In this document: positions 24,604 through 36,611 of the stretch, in pieces
How the letters are laid out: the number at the start of each line of letters is the position of its first letter
Numbering within the stretch: position 1 is the stretch's first letter
Assembly (NCBI RefSeq): GCF_037042905.1
Contig: NC_087250.1
Coordinates: forward strand, 5,210,001 to 5,274,000
Direction of reading: 5' to 3'
Source: Lytechinus pictus
Taxonomy: Eukaryota
DNA length: 64,000 nucleotides
Notes under the pieces: model-generated
What the model saw: only the letters and a program-made list of their open reading frames with translations
What the model was told of the DNA's origin: nothing
The model's database searches: none
Program-made: the position numbers and the translations under genes

Positions 24604-26908
24604 TTAATGGATAATACTATACAGATTGTGATGTCAAGCGTTGATCTCAGATGTAAATAATGCATTATAGCCATCGCGGCGAGATTACCGGTTGTAACAG
24701 GGCCCTTTGTTAGCGCAGTGTTAGTGAAATGTTACGCTAACAGCGTTTCTGTGCGGCCGATACTGGTCTTTTAGAGATTGTTTTATTTACATTATAGAAG
24801 AAGACTTTGTAATTAATTTTCAAACTTCTTTTCGCTTTGATTGATTATGTATAAATAAATATATATATATATAGCTTTTTTTCTCTGTCTTTTATCGAAA
24901 TGGTACAATAATTTTCTTGTGTTATTTGTAGTAAATGTGTTAAAGCAAATCAAAAAAGAATTGCTCTGTATTTTTTTCAAGCATGGGTTCACATACATGT
25001 ATACTGTACTGGAGACTCTACGATGACATAAGAAGACTCAAATGAGAATTCAATAAATTGGGAGTGTTCTAAATGTCTACTTTAACACCTTCCAAATTAT
25101 TTAGAAAATAATTCAGACCCTGATGTTGATGACTCTACCAAAACTTATCCAAAATATGACACTAAAAAAATCTTTAGAATATGAAGAAGTTACTAGTAAG
25201 GAAATAAAATTTGTTCATATGAATAGACAGTGTAACCTTTCTAAAAAATTACGAGGAAATAAAGCAAATTCTTTTGTTAAATAATATTAATTTTCTCGCT
25301 CTAATTGAGACTAGATTACATTTGTTCCACATTATGGACTGCTAAGAAGAGACAGGAATAGAAATGGAGGTGGAGAGGCTATTTATGTTCACGAGTCTAT
25401 CCAATTTGATGCGCTTAGTCACTCTTCGTTCATGTCGTTAGAACATCTAGAAGCTTTATGTATAAGATTTTGTTTTAAGAACACAAAAGCAGTTTTATTT
25501 GTAAATTGGTATAGGCCACCAAATTCCAAAATTGAACTGTTTAGTTTTTATGAGGACCTATGTTAATAGTTTCAATTGTCAGCTCATCATTATGGGCGAT
25601 AGAAACTTTGATATAATGAAAAACATTTTGAAGGATATACAAATTAAGGCCTATAATCAAATCGATGATATACATTATTTGAAACAGGTAAATAAAATGC
25701 TGTATACCAAAGTAACTGACATATCTTGCACTCTTGTTGATCATATACTAACTGATTGTCTTGATAAAATAAACTCGTATGGTATTATTCAGAATGGTAT
25801 GACTGATCATTATGCCAGTTATCTGGTATGTAAAGGTAACAAACTTGTTCAGAAGAAACGTTTATATCGTTCAGAAAGTCGGAAAATGTTGACGTGAAGG
25901 CTTTCAGGATGGATTTACATAATCGAAATTGGGAGAAATTCAAAGAATGTAGTAACGTCAATGATGCAACTAATGAATTGGAAAGATTGCTTCTAGAGGT
26001 AGTGAACAAACATATGCCAATAAAGACAAGAAGAGTAAGAAGAAAGCAATCCCCATGGATGAACAATGAAATACTGTCATTAATGAAACAGAGAGATAAA
26101 GCAAAAGTCACCACTGAGATAAGGAAATCTAAGCGGAAACATATCTTTGAAAGGTTATCTGAAGTTACCAATATAAATGAGTCTTGGAAAACATTTAAAA
26201 TTAATATGGGCAATGATTGTAATTCTTGTAGAAGCGCTTTCCCTAAACAAAATTCAAATGATTTTGCTTATGAGTTTAATGATCATTTTGAAAATATATC
26301 TTCTAACATTGGTAGTACTCACAACAAAGCTAAGAATAGACTCGATTCTCAGAATATTAGGTCTCGTAACAGGAAATTTAATTTTTTATATGTATCGCCA
26401 TCTAGTCTCTGGGAGCATGTAATGTCAATGAAAACTAAAAAGTAAGCTGGTTTAGATGGAATTTCTATGTTTATTATCTAGGAAATGTTACCTGAAATGA
26501 TTGAACCCTTTGCTTATTTGATTAATAAATCCTTATCGGAAGGGATAGTGCCAGACAAATGATGTGGAAAAAGTTATGCCCATACACAAAAAGGGAGACA
26601 AATTAGAACTACAGGCCGATCTCGTTGTTGCCTTGTGCCTCTAAAGTTTTGGAAAGAATAGTTCAAAGACAGTTACTCGATTATTTGATGATGTATTCCT
26701 TGCTTTGCCAAAATCAGTCGGGATTTTGCCCAAAACACTCGATTGTAACCGCACAAGCCACAGTCACAGATGACTGGTTCAACGCAATAGATAGTGGCTC
26801 CTATGTTGGCACTATTTTCGTAGATTTGCAACAAGTGTTTGACATGGTCGACCACTTCTTTTTCTAAGCTTGAGTCTATTGGTGTCAAGGGTATAAAAGA
26901 ATTACAAT

Positions 26909-29900
26909 TAGTCCGGATTATAATTGAACAAGGTGCCACTCGGAGGAGAAATTTTCATATAATGCTTCTAGACCAGTTTTTTTTACGCTGAATATGAATA
27001 TATGAGGTAAACAGGCTGTATCCTGAAAATTTACCTGTGAGGACGCTTTTTTCAAAATGGCCGCTGAATTTTCGTACGTAGATTTTGACATAAGCATTCA
27101 ATTGCCATTAAATTAGTGTCATATGAAAGCCAAATAAATTCCCTATAATTTGGTACTATTTATAGGGGATAAATAAATCATTTGGCTGAGATTGTAAGTA
27201 GAAAACTGCATTTTTTGTAGTTTTTCCCCAAAAATTTGAAATTTTGCAAATACATGATTTTACATATTTCTAAAAAAAATGAATGAATTACCTTGAAATG
27301 TTCCAGAAAACTTTATTGATATACTATTATCATGTGGATGAAATTCCAACTCCATATCATTTTTAAAGCAAATGTATAAGGTATCAAACTTGAATTATTC
27401 AATATCAGAAATGTCGCTTTTTGTATGCATTTCCATAGACTAATACGTATACCATGTATAATGCATGTATGTATAATGTATACAGGTAGTTAATAATTAA
27501 ATGCAATTTCCGCTTTTTAATCACTTGGAGAGTTAAGAGTAGGCTTTTCTCTATCAGCTATACATAAAAAATGTTGGCACATCGAGGTCTGACCCTCTCA
27601 TGGGGATGGGGGTGTCGAAGTCACCCCCCCCCCCTGCCCTTTGCTATATCATGTTGTTGTACACTGTTGTATATTGCCTATTTGTTGGAAAAATAATTTT
27701 TTTTTTTTTTGGAGCACCCATGGAGGCCAAAACAGGCATTTCTGCTATATTGTACAGCCACTTTGATTGCTTTGAAACCACTTGGAGAGGAAAGAGTAAG
27801 CTTTGTTCTACCAGCTTCATCTAAAGAAGTGGCATATCGAAACCTATCCCCCTCGGGTGGGGGAGCTTTTACTTAATATTGCCAATTTATTAGAAAATTC
27901 ACAATTTTGGACCCAACATTGAGACCAAAAAGCGTTTGTGCTTTGTTGTACCCCCCATTTTATTGATTTGAAACCACTTATAGAGGAAAGAGTAGAGTTT
28001 GTTCTACCAGCTACAATAAGCGCTGGTACGTTGAACCCTAGCCCTCTCAGGGGTTGTCTAAGTCAGCCCCCCCCCCCCTTCTATATCATGTATATTGCCT
28101 ATTTTATTGGGTATTTCACCTCTTTGGATAACCCATTTGAGGCAAAAGCGTATTTCTACTATATAGCACAGCCAATTTTATTTTCTTGCAATGACTTGGA
28201 GAAGAAAGATTAGGCTTTGCTCTATCAGCTACACATAAATAGGTATTGGCAATCGCAGCCTATCCCCTTAAGAATGTTCAGGGGGCTGTATAATTTACCT
28301 TACCAATTTTCGGTATTTGACTATCTATTAGACATTCACAATGTTGGATCACCCATTAAGGCAAAAGGGCGTTTCTACTATAGTACAGCAAATTTTCTTT
28401 TCTTGCAATGACTTGGAGAGGAAAGAGTAGGCTTTGCTCTATTAGCTCCATATAAAGAGGTGTTGGCCAACACGCGGCTGTTAAAGTTACCCCACTAATT
28501 TTTGGTATTTGGCTATTTGTTGAAAATTCACAAATTTGGAGCCCCCATTGAAGCAAAAAGCATCTCTGATATCTGATATATAGTTCTGTCACTTTTATTG
28601 TCTTGAAACCACTTAGAGAGGAAAAAATTGACTTTGCTCTATAATCTATAAAGATGTGCTGGTAAATAAAAGCCTACCCCTTCTGGGGGCTGTTGAAATC
28701 ACCCCCTCCCTCCTTTGCATTATTACCTATTTATTGGAAAATTCACAATTTTTAGCCCCATTGAGGTAAAAAGGCAACTCTGATATACAGGGTGAGTCAG
28801 AAAAAATGTCCCACTTTTGTAAAGTTGAATTGTTTAAAATATGAATATTTAATCATTAGTTTCATGATATGTCTTGATAGACGTATCCTCCAAGTACATT
28901 CAGGTACCATTTTCATTTGATCCCGTGCACGTATGACTGAACATCGGACAATCTTTAGAAGACTGTCAGATCTCACTTGCGCCAAGTTACTGGGTGATGA
29001 ATAAAACAGTGCTTTAGACAAAGACAGTCAGACAGACAGACTGGCATGCTCACACACACACACACACACACCCCCACACGCTAACACACACAACACACAT
29101 GGTAATAACCGGTTCATAATTTTCTCTTTTCTGATTAAGCATTGATTTTTAGCAAGATCGCTGAATGAACTTTGGGGGAAACAGATTCATTGTTGAACCA
29201 CAATAAACTACCTCAACAAATACAAAAATTCCCTTTTAATTGTTTGTGTTTTTATTCACCGACGTTTGCAGTAATTGTGTGCTTGTGTGTCTGTGTGTGT
29301 GTGCGTGTGCTTGTGTGTGCATGTTTGAGTGGGTCTGTCAGTGCGTGTGCGTGTGTGTGTGTGTTTGTGTGTGCGTACGTGTGTGTGTGTTTGTGTGTGT
29401 GTGTTTCAGTTTGTCGGACTGTCTTTGTTCAAAAGAGTGTTTTATTCCCTACCCTGTAACTTGGCGCAAGTGAGATCTGACATTCTTCTAAAGATTGTCC
29501 GCTGTTCAGTCATGCGTGCAGGGGATCAAATGAAAAAGGTACCTGAATGTATTGGGAGGATACCTCTATCAAGACATATCATGAAACTAATGATTAAATA
29601 TTCATATTTTAAACAATTCAACTTTACAAAAGTGGGACATTTTTTCTGACTCACTCTGTATCTTATACCTCAATGGGTGATCCATAAATGGTGAAATTTC
29701 CAATAAATAGGCAATATACATAGAGAAGGGGGGGGGGGCTGACTTAGACATCACCTAGGAGGGCTAGAGTTCGATATGCGTGCGCTTATTTATGTAGCTG
29801 ATAGAACGAACTCTACTCTTTCAAATCAATAAAATGGGGGTGTACTATGAAGCACAAACGCTTTTTTGCCTCAATGATGGGTCCAAAATGGTGAATTTCC

Positions 29901-30900
29901 AAATAAATTAGCGATAAGCAAAAGCGGGAGGGGTTATTTCCACAGCCCTCCCCCCCCCCCCCGAGAGGGGTAGGCTTCGATGTACCACTTCTTTTGATGT
30001 ATCTGGTAGAACAAAGCCTACTCTTTTCCTCTCCAAGTGGTTTTAAAGTGGCTGTACTGTATGCCAGAAATGCCTTTTGCCTCAATGGGTGCTTAAAAAA
30101 TAGTGATTTTCCATTAAATAGGCAATATACAACAACATGATATAGCCACGGGGGGGGGGGGGGGGGGGGATTCGACACCCCACCCCCTGAGAATGTTAGG
30201 CTTTGATGTGCCAACATTTTGTTTTGTGTAGCTGATAGAGAAAAACCTGCTCTTAACTCTCCAAGTGATTAACTAGCGGATATAATTGCATTTAAGTTTT
30301 AACTATGCATTATACATACATGTATTATACATGTTATACGTATTAATCTATGGAAATGTATACAAAAATCGACATTTCTGAAATTGAGGTTTTCAAGTTT
30401 GATACCTTATAAATTCGCTAAAAAGAATGATACAGTGTTGGAATTTTATCCACATGATAATAGTTAACCAATAAAGTTTTCTGGAACATTTCAAGGTAAT
30501 TCATTCATTTTTCTTAGAATCATGTAAAATCATGTATTTGCAAAGTTTTTAATTTTTGGGAAAAAATCACAAAAAATGCAGTTTTCTGCTTTAAATCTCA
30601 GCCAAATGATCTAATTATCCCCAATTAATAGTACCAAATTGTAGGGAATTTATTTGGCTTTCATATGACACTAATTTTATGGCAATTAAATGCTTATGTC
30701 ACAATCTATGTACGAAAATTCAAATTTTCGGAAAATAAGGCGGCCATTTTGAAAAAAGTGCCCTCACAGGTTAATTTTCAGGATACAGCAGTATACCTCA
30801 TATATTCATATTCAACGTAAAAAACTGGTCTTGCCTAGAGGCACTTTATGAAAATTTCTCCCTCTCCGAGTGCCACCTTGCTCAATTATAACCCGGACTA
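26909..30900. mobile_element. Academ-like non-autonomous DNA transposon (TAG...CTA termini, 3-bp TSD, >1-kb inverted arms)
   Basis: AAT|TAGTCCGG ... CCGGACTA|AAT. The arms are inverted for over 1 kb and contain ~200-bp subrepeats. Excision restores the LINE RT frame. Confidence 0.85.
28788..29658. mobile_element. Tc1/mariner-like MITE (TA TSD, ~250-bp TIRs, CA/TG microsatellites)
   Basis: TA|CAGGGTGAGTCAGAAAAAATGTCCCAC ... GTGGGACATTTTTTCTGACTCACTCTG|TA. Confidence 0.85.
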
Positions 30901-32701
30901 AATAGTTTGTAAACTATTTATCTAACAGGAAAATTAGAACTTGTATCAATAATGTACTTTCTGTAGAAAAGGCGATTACGAAAGGTATTCCACAAGGTTC
31001 TTTACTGGCACCGCTGTTGTTCATCATTTTTTTAAATAACATAAATTTTCATCTTTATGCAGATGACACGGTCATTCATTATTCGCATAAAAATTCGGAA
31101 GTTTTGGAAAATGTACTAAATAAAGTGTGTAAAGATCTGGTAACGTGGATGAATAATAACAATTTAGAGATCGATTACGAGAAAACTATATGCATATTGC
31201 TTGGAACAGGCAGCATGCTTAAAAACATCTTCTGAATATAAAACTTTAAGATCAACAGCTGTCTCAGGGAAATTTCTCGGTATTCATGTAGATGATAAAT
31301 TACGATGGGAAGGTCAATGGAAAGATGTGTAGCAAGATAAGTAAAATGGTCGGTTATCTAGGTAGATTAAGACAGTATGTGAACATGTCTGAAATTGAAT
31401 TGATATTTAAATCTATCTTATTACCCCATTCCGATTATGGAGATGTAATCTGGCAGTCTACTAGCAAAAATTGTTTATCACAACTGCAAAAAATAAAAAA
31501 CATTGCTGGACGGATAATACAAAAGGTTAACCCATACTCTCATACTTGTACGAATCAAATTCACAGCCGCCTTGGCTGACAAACTCTATTTGTCAGGCAA
31601 AAACCCTCCTACTCTTCACTTTTAAAGTATTGAATAACTTGACCTTAAAGTACTTGAAAGACAGATTCAGTCTAAAATCTCTTCCATATTCCCTCCAAAA
31701 TTTTAACATGATTACATTACCTAAATCAAATTCAAATTATGGTAAAAGAAAATTTGGATACAGAGCTTCCTCAGAATATAATAGATTACTCACTAATCTG
31801 GGTCAACTTCCCACTCTAACTAACTTTAGAAATCATCTTCATGAACTTCATGCACCATAGTTTTTATTAAGTTGTACCTCTTGTTTATTTATATATATTA
31901 TTTTGATATAATTATGTTTTACTTTATTTTATTTTAGTTTTGTTTTGTAATTCGTTATATCATTATCAATGGATTATAGATTTCATTTTATGATTTGTCA
32001 TATTAAATGTCTTACATTGCACTGGCCCCAAAGAAGACCAGCAGCAACAATTATAGTTGCAGGTGAATATGGGCTACCAGCCGTAGTTTTATCTTGCTTG
32101 TATATACTTTACCTTTTTATTTGTAAAATTGTATATTTTTATCTTACGGAAATAAAAACAAGACAAACAACCATTTCGTCCAATAACCAGTTGGTTCAGC
32201 ATTTTTTTTTGTACATATACCATTTGGTCTAAATGAACTAAGTATTAATTTGGCAAAATGAATGAAAATAAAATGAGTAATATACGAAATGGTTATGAGA
32301 CGAAACGGTCATAGACGAAGTGATTATGGGACCAAATGGTTATTGGACTAAAATCACTAAATTAATGGTTGTAAGACGACACGATGGAAGGGATGGCATT
32401 AGACTAAATGAAGGATCGTTGTAGCAAGAATTGCGTTTAAATGTAACCTAAAAAAGGCGATCTGAATCAAATAAACGGGGACATTTTGTTGTAACAACAA
32501 TAAAATATACACTATGAACTTCATAATGTTTTTTTTTTTTGGGGGGGATAAATAATTCGGCTAAGAGACATTTTCAGATTTACTAATTTTAAGAATTCTA
32601 AAACGTATAAGTGGTAAACCTATTAAGATAATCACATATCATGAGAATGTATTACCATATTAGCTCATGCAATGTATAAATTGATAAAAAAAGCAACTCA
32701 C

Positions 32702-34578
32702 CGCCTCTTGCCGGCCTTTTCCCCTTGACTATGATGCTGAGTTTCCTTACGCTCTTTTGCGTATGAGGTGGCTGGGAAGAATCTCCAGGGGCGGTTTCTT
32801 CATATTCGTAGTCGATGTTGTTCTTTTGGGGCAGACTGTCTTGTATCTTACGGGGGACGTCTAAAACTTCTATCTTTAATTCGTCAGTTGGAGATGCAGG
32901 ATGATCTGTAGCGTGTTCTAAGAAGTAGGCAAGAGATCTGGTCAGGATGTCCGATGGGGACAGGATCTGTAGCCTTTTTACCAATGGATGCAGGACACCA
33001 TTAAGACGACCATTACTTCTTGATTCGTAGTTCAAAGCAAGAATGAACTCGACCATGTACTGGTACTGCCCATCACCGGCTTTCCAATTGATTCCTTCCC
33101 CTTCCTTTGCATGTAGGCCGACATCTTTTTCGTAGGCCAAGGTAAGACCAACCATATGGCATACGATAGCCCTTGCCGCGTCGATGGACTCTCCACAAGA
33201 AAACTGAATCAAATTTCGAAGGGAATATGCATCATCCATGGAGCGTATATTATGGAGACTTGTGTGAAATGATTGTTTCTCTTCGTTGTTTCCATGGAGG
33301 AGTTTGGAGAAGCGTTTAGCAGCAATCCTCTGCTGAAATGGCCCATTGAGAAAGCTATAGATCTTCCCTTCACTTGCTTCATGAGTAGAAGGAATTAACT
33401 CCTCATGAACAGATTTCACCAAGAGTCCTTTACGAATTCCATATGTAAGTACGTCTTTTTTTAACTCCCCACAAACATCAAAGTCGCTTTCACACAGGTG
33501 AAATTCTTCTTGCTGACCGTCCTTCAAATAGCGATTGAATGCTACGACTGACAAATGCGCCATCGTTTGGTCTTTCGAGAGTGTAGGCCTCGTCCCAGTC
33601 TGGGTACGCATGTTGCTTTTCAGCGAGCTTGGACTTGAGACTGAATGTTCGATTGGTTCGGTATTCAGAGATGGATCTGAATGCCTCATGATGCAATCGA
33701 TGGACTTGTCTATAAATGCAGAACTAGTTTTTAGCTCACCCAGTGATGCAGGATTATCATTCCATTTCAGGATCTGGCACATTATGCACAGGAGCACTGG
33801 TGACGCCACCATGTCACGAAGCAATTCTGTGTTCTCAATATATTCCTTTACCTTTAACCCAAAGTCTTCTCTCTTGTCGAACACCTTCCCAATGTAGGTA
33901 CCAACTGAGGTTTTACTTATTCCCTCCACTTTCACATGGTCATAATTTCCATACACTTCACGGAAATCCCCGATCCCACCGGATTTCGTGGCAACCAAAA
34001 CGGTTAGATGTTGAAATTCTCGAAGGAGAACCATATCTTCGAGGGAGCTCGAATTCTGCTCACACACCGGCTGACCAGTCCTTTGCAATTTCATGTAGTG
34101 GTCAAGGATAACCAATATCTCATCGGCGCTTTCTTTGCACATATTCTCGATACCCTCCGGAGTGAAACTGGTGTTAGCTGGCAAACATTGCTTTTTTATT
34201 GCTTGGCCGAGACCAGTTCCAATTTCAACTTTCACTCCGTCAATGTAAAAAACAAGGCTGAAATTCTTCATTGGACCTTTGTTTTGACACCATTGGGATA
34301 GCCACATCTTGATTTCGGTTGTTTTACCGACGCCAGATGGACCAAAGAAGAGAATTCTTGTCTTATTGAAGTGGGGACCCTGAAAAACGTCGTTGGCCTC
34401 TATCTCCGGCATCCGCGGACGATCTGGGGTGATTTCACTCTTCTTCAGAATTACCGGGACATGAAGATCTTCAACACTATGAATTTGGGAATCCGTAGAA
34501 GGAAGGAGCGTTATTTTTAATGCATTGCCATAATGCATGTATTGTTGTTGTAACTGTTCCCGACACATTTCGATTGGC
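32702..34578 (-). CDS. NACHT-domain exon of an NLR-like (STAND NTPase) gene
   Basis: Uninterrupted ~625-codon frame with Walker A ILFFGPSGVGKTT, Walker-B position ILVILDHYMK, VLVATKS, ASPVLLCIMC and winged-helix-like YSFLNGPFQQRIAA. Acceptor polypyrimidine...CATTAG| (phase 2) and donor GGCG|GTGAGT (phase 1). Confidence 0.9.
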
Positions 34579-34880
34579 CTAATGCAGATATAAGAGAAGG
34601 AAGAGAAAATAGATGATGCACAGATAATTTCCTTGAAACTACAACATCATAGACACGCTCCTCAATAGCGGAGAAGGGGCAGAGTATCCCCACCCCCCGA
34701 CCGTCCGAAAGAATTTTGATGACCTTTTTATTATTTTGTTTTAGCGGATTGGCGGGGTTGGCGTGCTTGGCAGAAATGTTTTAGGACGGTTGGTTTCATC
34801 TTTTTTTTTTTTTATTAAGTTTTTTTTTTTATTAAGTTAGATAATTAGATATTTAGTAAGTAATTTAGTTGGTTGTACAG

Positions 34881-35209
34881 CAGTGGCGTACCAAGGATTT
34901 TCCACAGGGGGGGCAAAATCGGCCGCCAAAAAAATTGACAAGCAAAAAAAAAAAAAAAAAAAAAAAAAGGTCTTCAATAAAAAAAAAAAGGTTTTCGTAC
35001 CAGAAAATAAATTGACAAGCAAAAAAAAAAAAAAAGGTCTTCAAGCTCGTCAGGGGGCCAATGAAGGTCTTAAAGCTCGTCAGGGGGGGCAAAAAAGGTA
35101 TTTCAAGCTCGTCAGGGGGGGGCAGAGATATGTTTTTTGTATGGGTTTTGGCTCGTGAGAGGGGGGCAGACTGCCCCCCTGCCCCCCCCCCCCCGTAGGT
35201 ACGCTAGTG
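34881..35209. mobile_element. hAT-like MITE (8-bp TSD TTGTACAG)
   Basis: TTGTACAG|CAGTGGCGTACC ... GGTACGCTAGTG|TTGTACAG. Confidence 0.8.
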
Positions 35210-35609
35210 TTGTACAGACTGTTTGCCCCTCTTGACCAGATTGTCCAGATACGACACTGCTTCGCTGAATTAGATCACATGTGGATGTTATCTATTGCTT
35301 GTACAAACTTCATCTCGTTATTAACAATCTACCACAAACGGCGTGACCAAAATAAACTCTAATACTTGGTCATATCTACTAAAGAGGTGTTTCAAAATTC
35401 ATTTCGAGCCATTTTACAGTTGTTTGCACAGCATACTTCCTAGTAGGCATAATCCTCTCATATTATAGAATATAGTTCGAAACTCGTTCTTCTCCCATTA
35501 AAGAATATATAAATCTTTTAGTAGTGTTTTATTGAATATGGGGCAAAGCAGTGAGCAGTACATAATTCACTCGACTTCTAAAAGAAAAATAAATTAAATG
35601 GTTAAAAAA

Positions 35610-36611
35610 TATGGAACGCCTTGGGCAGTCTCGCCTGCATTACGCAATTCGATATAGCAGCAGTGCTGCCTCTGAAAACAGCTAATGAATAATTATTCAT
35701 AGAAGAAAACACTAATATGATAATAAAATATGTCCATTCACCCAAAATGACCTTTGATAATGATCCTGTGACCTAAGACATGTGCAAAACAATCATTCAT
35801 ACTTGATTACCTTATGTCGATGTTTCATGAGCTAGATCCAAAAACTTTTTAAGTTATGATGCCAATTCAACACATACTCGCAATACGGCCAGAGGTCATT
35901 AACCTTTAAATGACCTTTGATCTTTACCATGCTCCCGAAACGCGCAAAGGGTATTCAGGGATACATTGCTGCTCTTATGTCCAAGTTTCATGAACTATAT
36001 CCATAAACTTTTAAAGTTATGATGACAATTCCACAAATACCCCCAACATTACCAAAGTTTGTTGACCCTAAATGACCTTTGACCTTGATCATATTACTTA
36101 CAACTCGCACAGGATGTTCACGGATATTTGATTGCACTTATGTTCAAGTTTCATGAACTGCATCCATAAACTTTAAAAGTTATGATGACAATTCCTCAAA
36201 TTACACCAAAATGGCCAAAGTTCGTTTACCCTAGGTTACCTTTGACCTTAATCATGTGACCTGAAACTCAGGCAGGATCTTCAGTGATACGTTATTACCC
36301 AGCTTCATGAACTAGGTCCTTATACTTTCGAAGTTATGACAAGATTTCAAAAACTTAACCTTGGTTAAGATTTCGATATTGATTCCCCAACATGGTCTAA
36401 GTTCATTGACCCTAAATGACCTTTGACCTTAATCATGTGACCTGAAACTCAGGCAGAATATTTAGTAATACTTGATTACCCTATGTCCAAGTTTCATAAA
36501 CTAGGTTCATATACTTTCTAGGTTATGATGACATTTCAAAAACTTAGGCCGTTGCCGCCGTCGCCTTAAGCAGCGCCTATAGTCTCGCTCTGCTATGCAG
36601 GCGGGACAAAA
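35610..36611 (+). mobile_element. Helentron/HINE-like element with a degenerate tandem array
   Basis: 5' GTCTCGCCTGCAT, repeated GACCTTTGACC units, (GCC)n-like repeat, and a 3' GTCTCGCTCTGC...GCAGGCGGGAC hairpin plus A-run. Same layout as 3122-4232. Confidence 0.7.

Larger units (their letters stand above)
17150..24765. mobile_element. TIR element expanded by nested insertions
   Basis: Left end CAGTGGCGACCGCACAGAAGCGTTGTTAGC versus right-end reverse complement CAGTATCGGCCGCACAGAAACGCTGTTAGC. No clear TSD. Confidence 0.6.
24990..32170 (+). mobile_element. Decayed CR1/L2-type LINE split by a 4-kb inverted-repeat element
   Basis: RRDRNRNGGG, WYRPPNS, MGDRNFD, GMTDHY, PWMNNEI, YRPISLLPCASKVLERIV, QSGF, FVDLQQVFDMVDH, then after 30900 PQGSLLAPLLF and LYADDT. 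The 3' UTR has AATAAA at ~32152 and an AAAC-like tail. Confidence 0.9.

Noticed and set aside
29172..29649. Cys/Val-rich ORFs
   Set aside because: TG microsatellite within a Tc1-like MITE.
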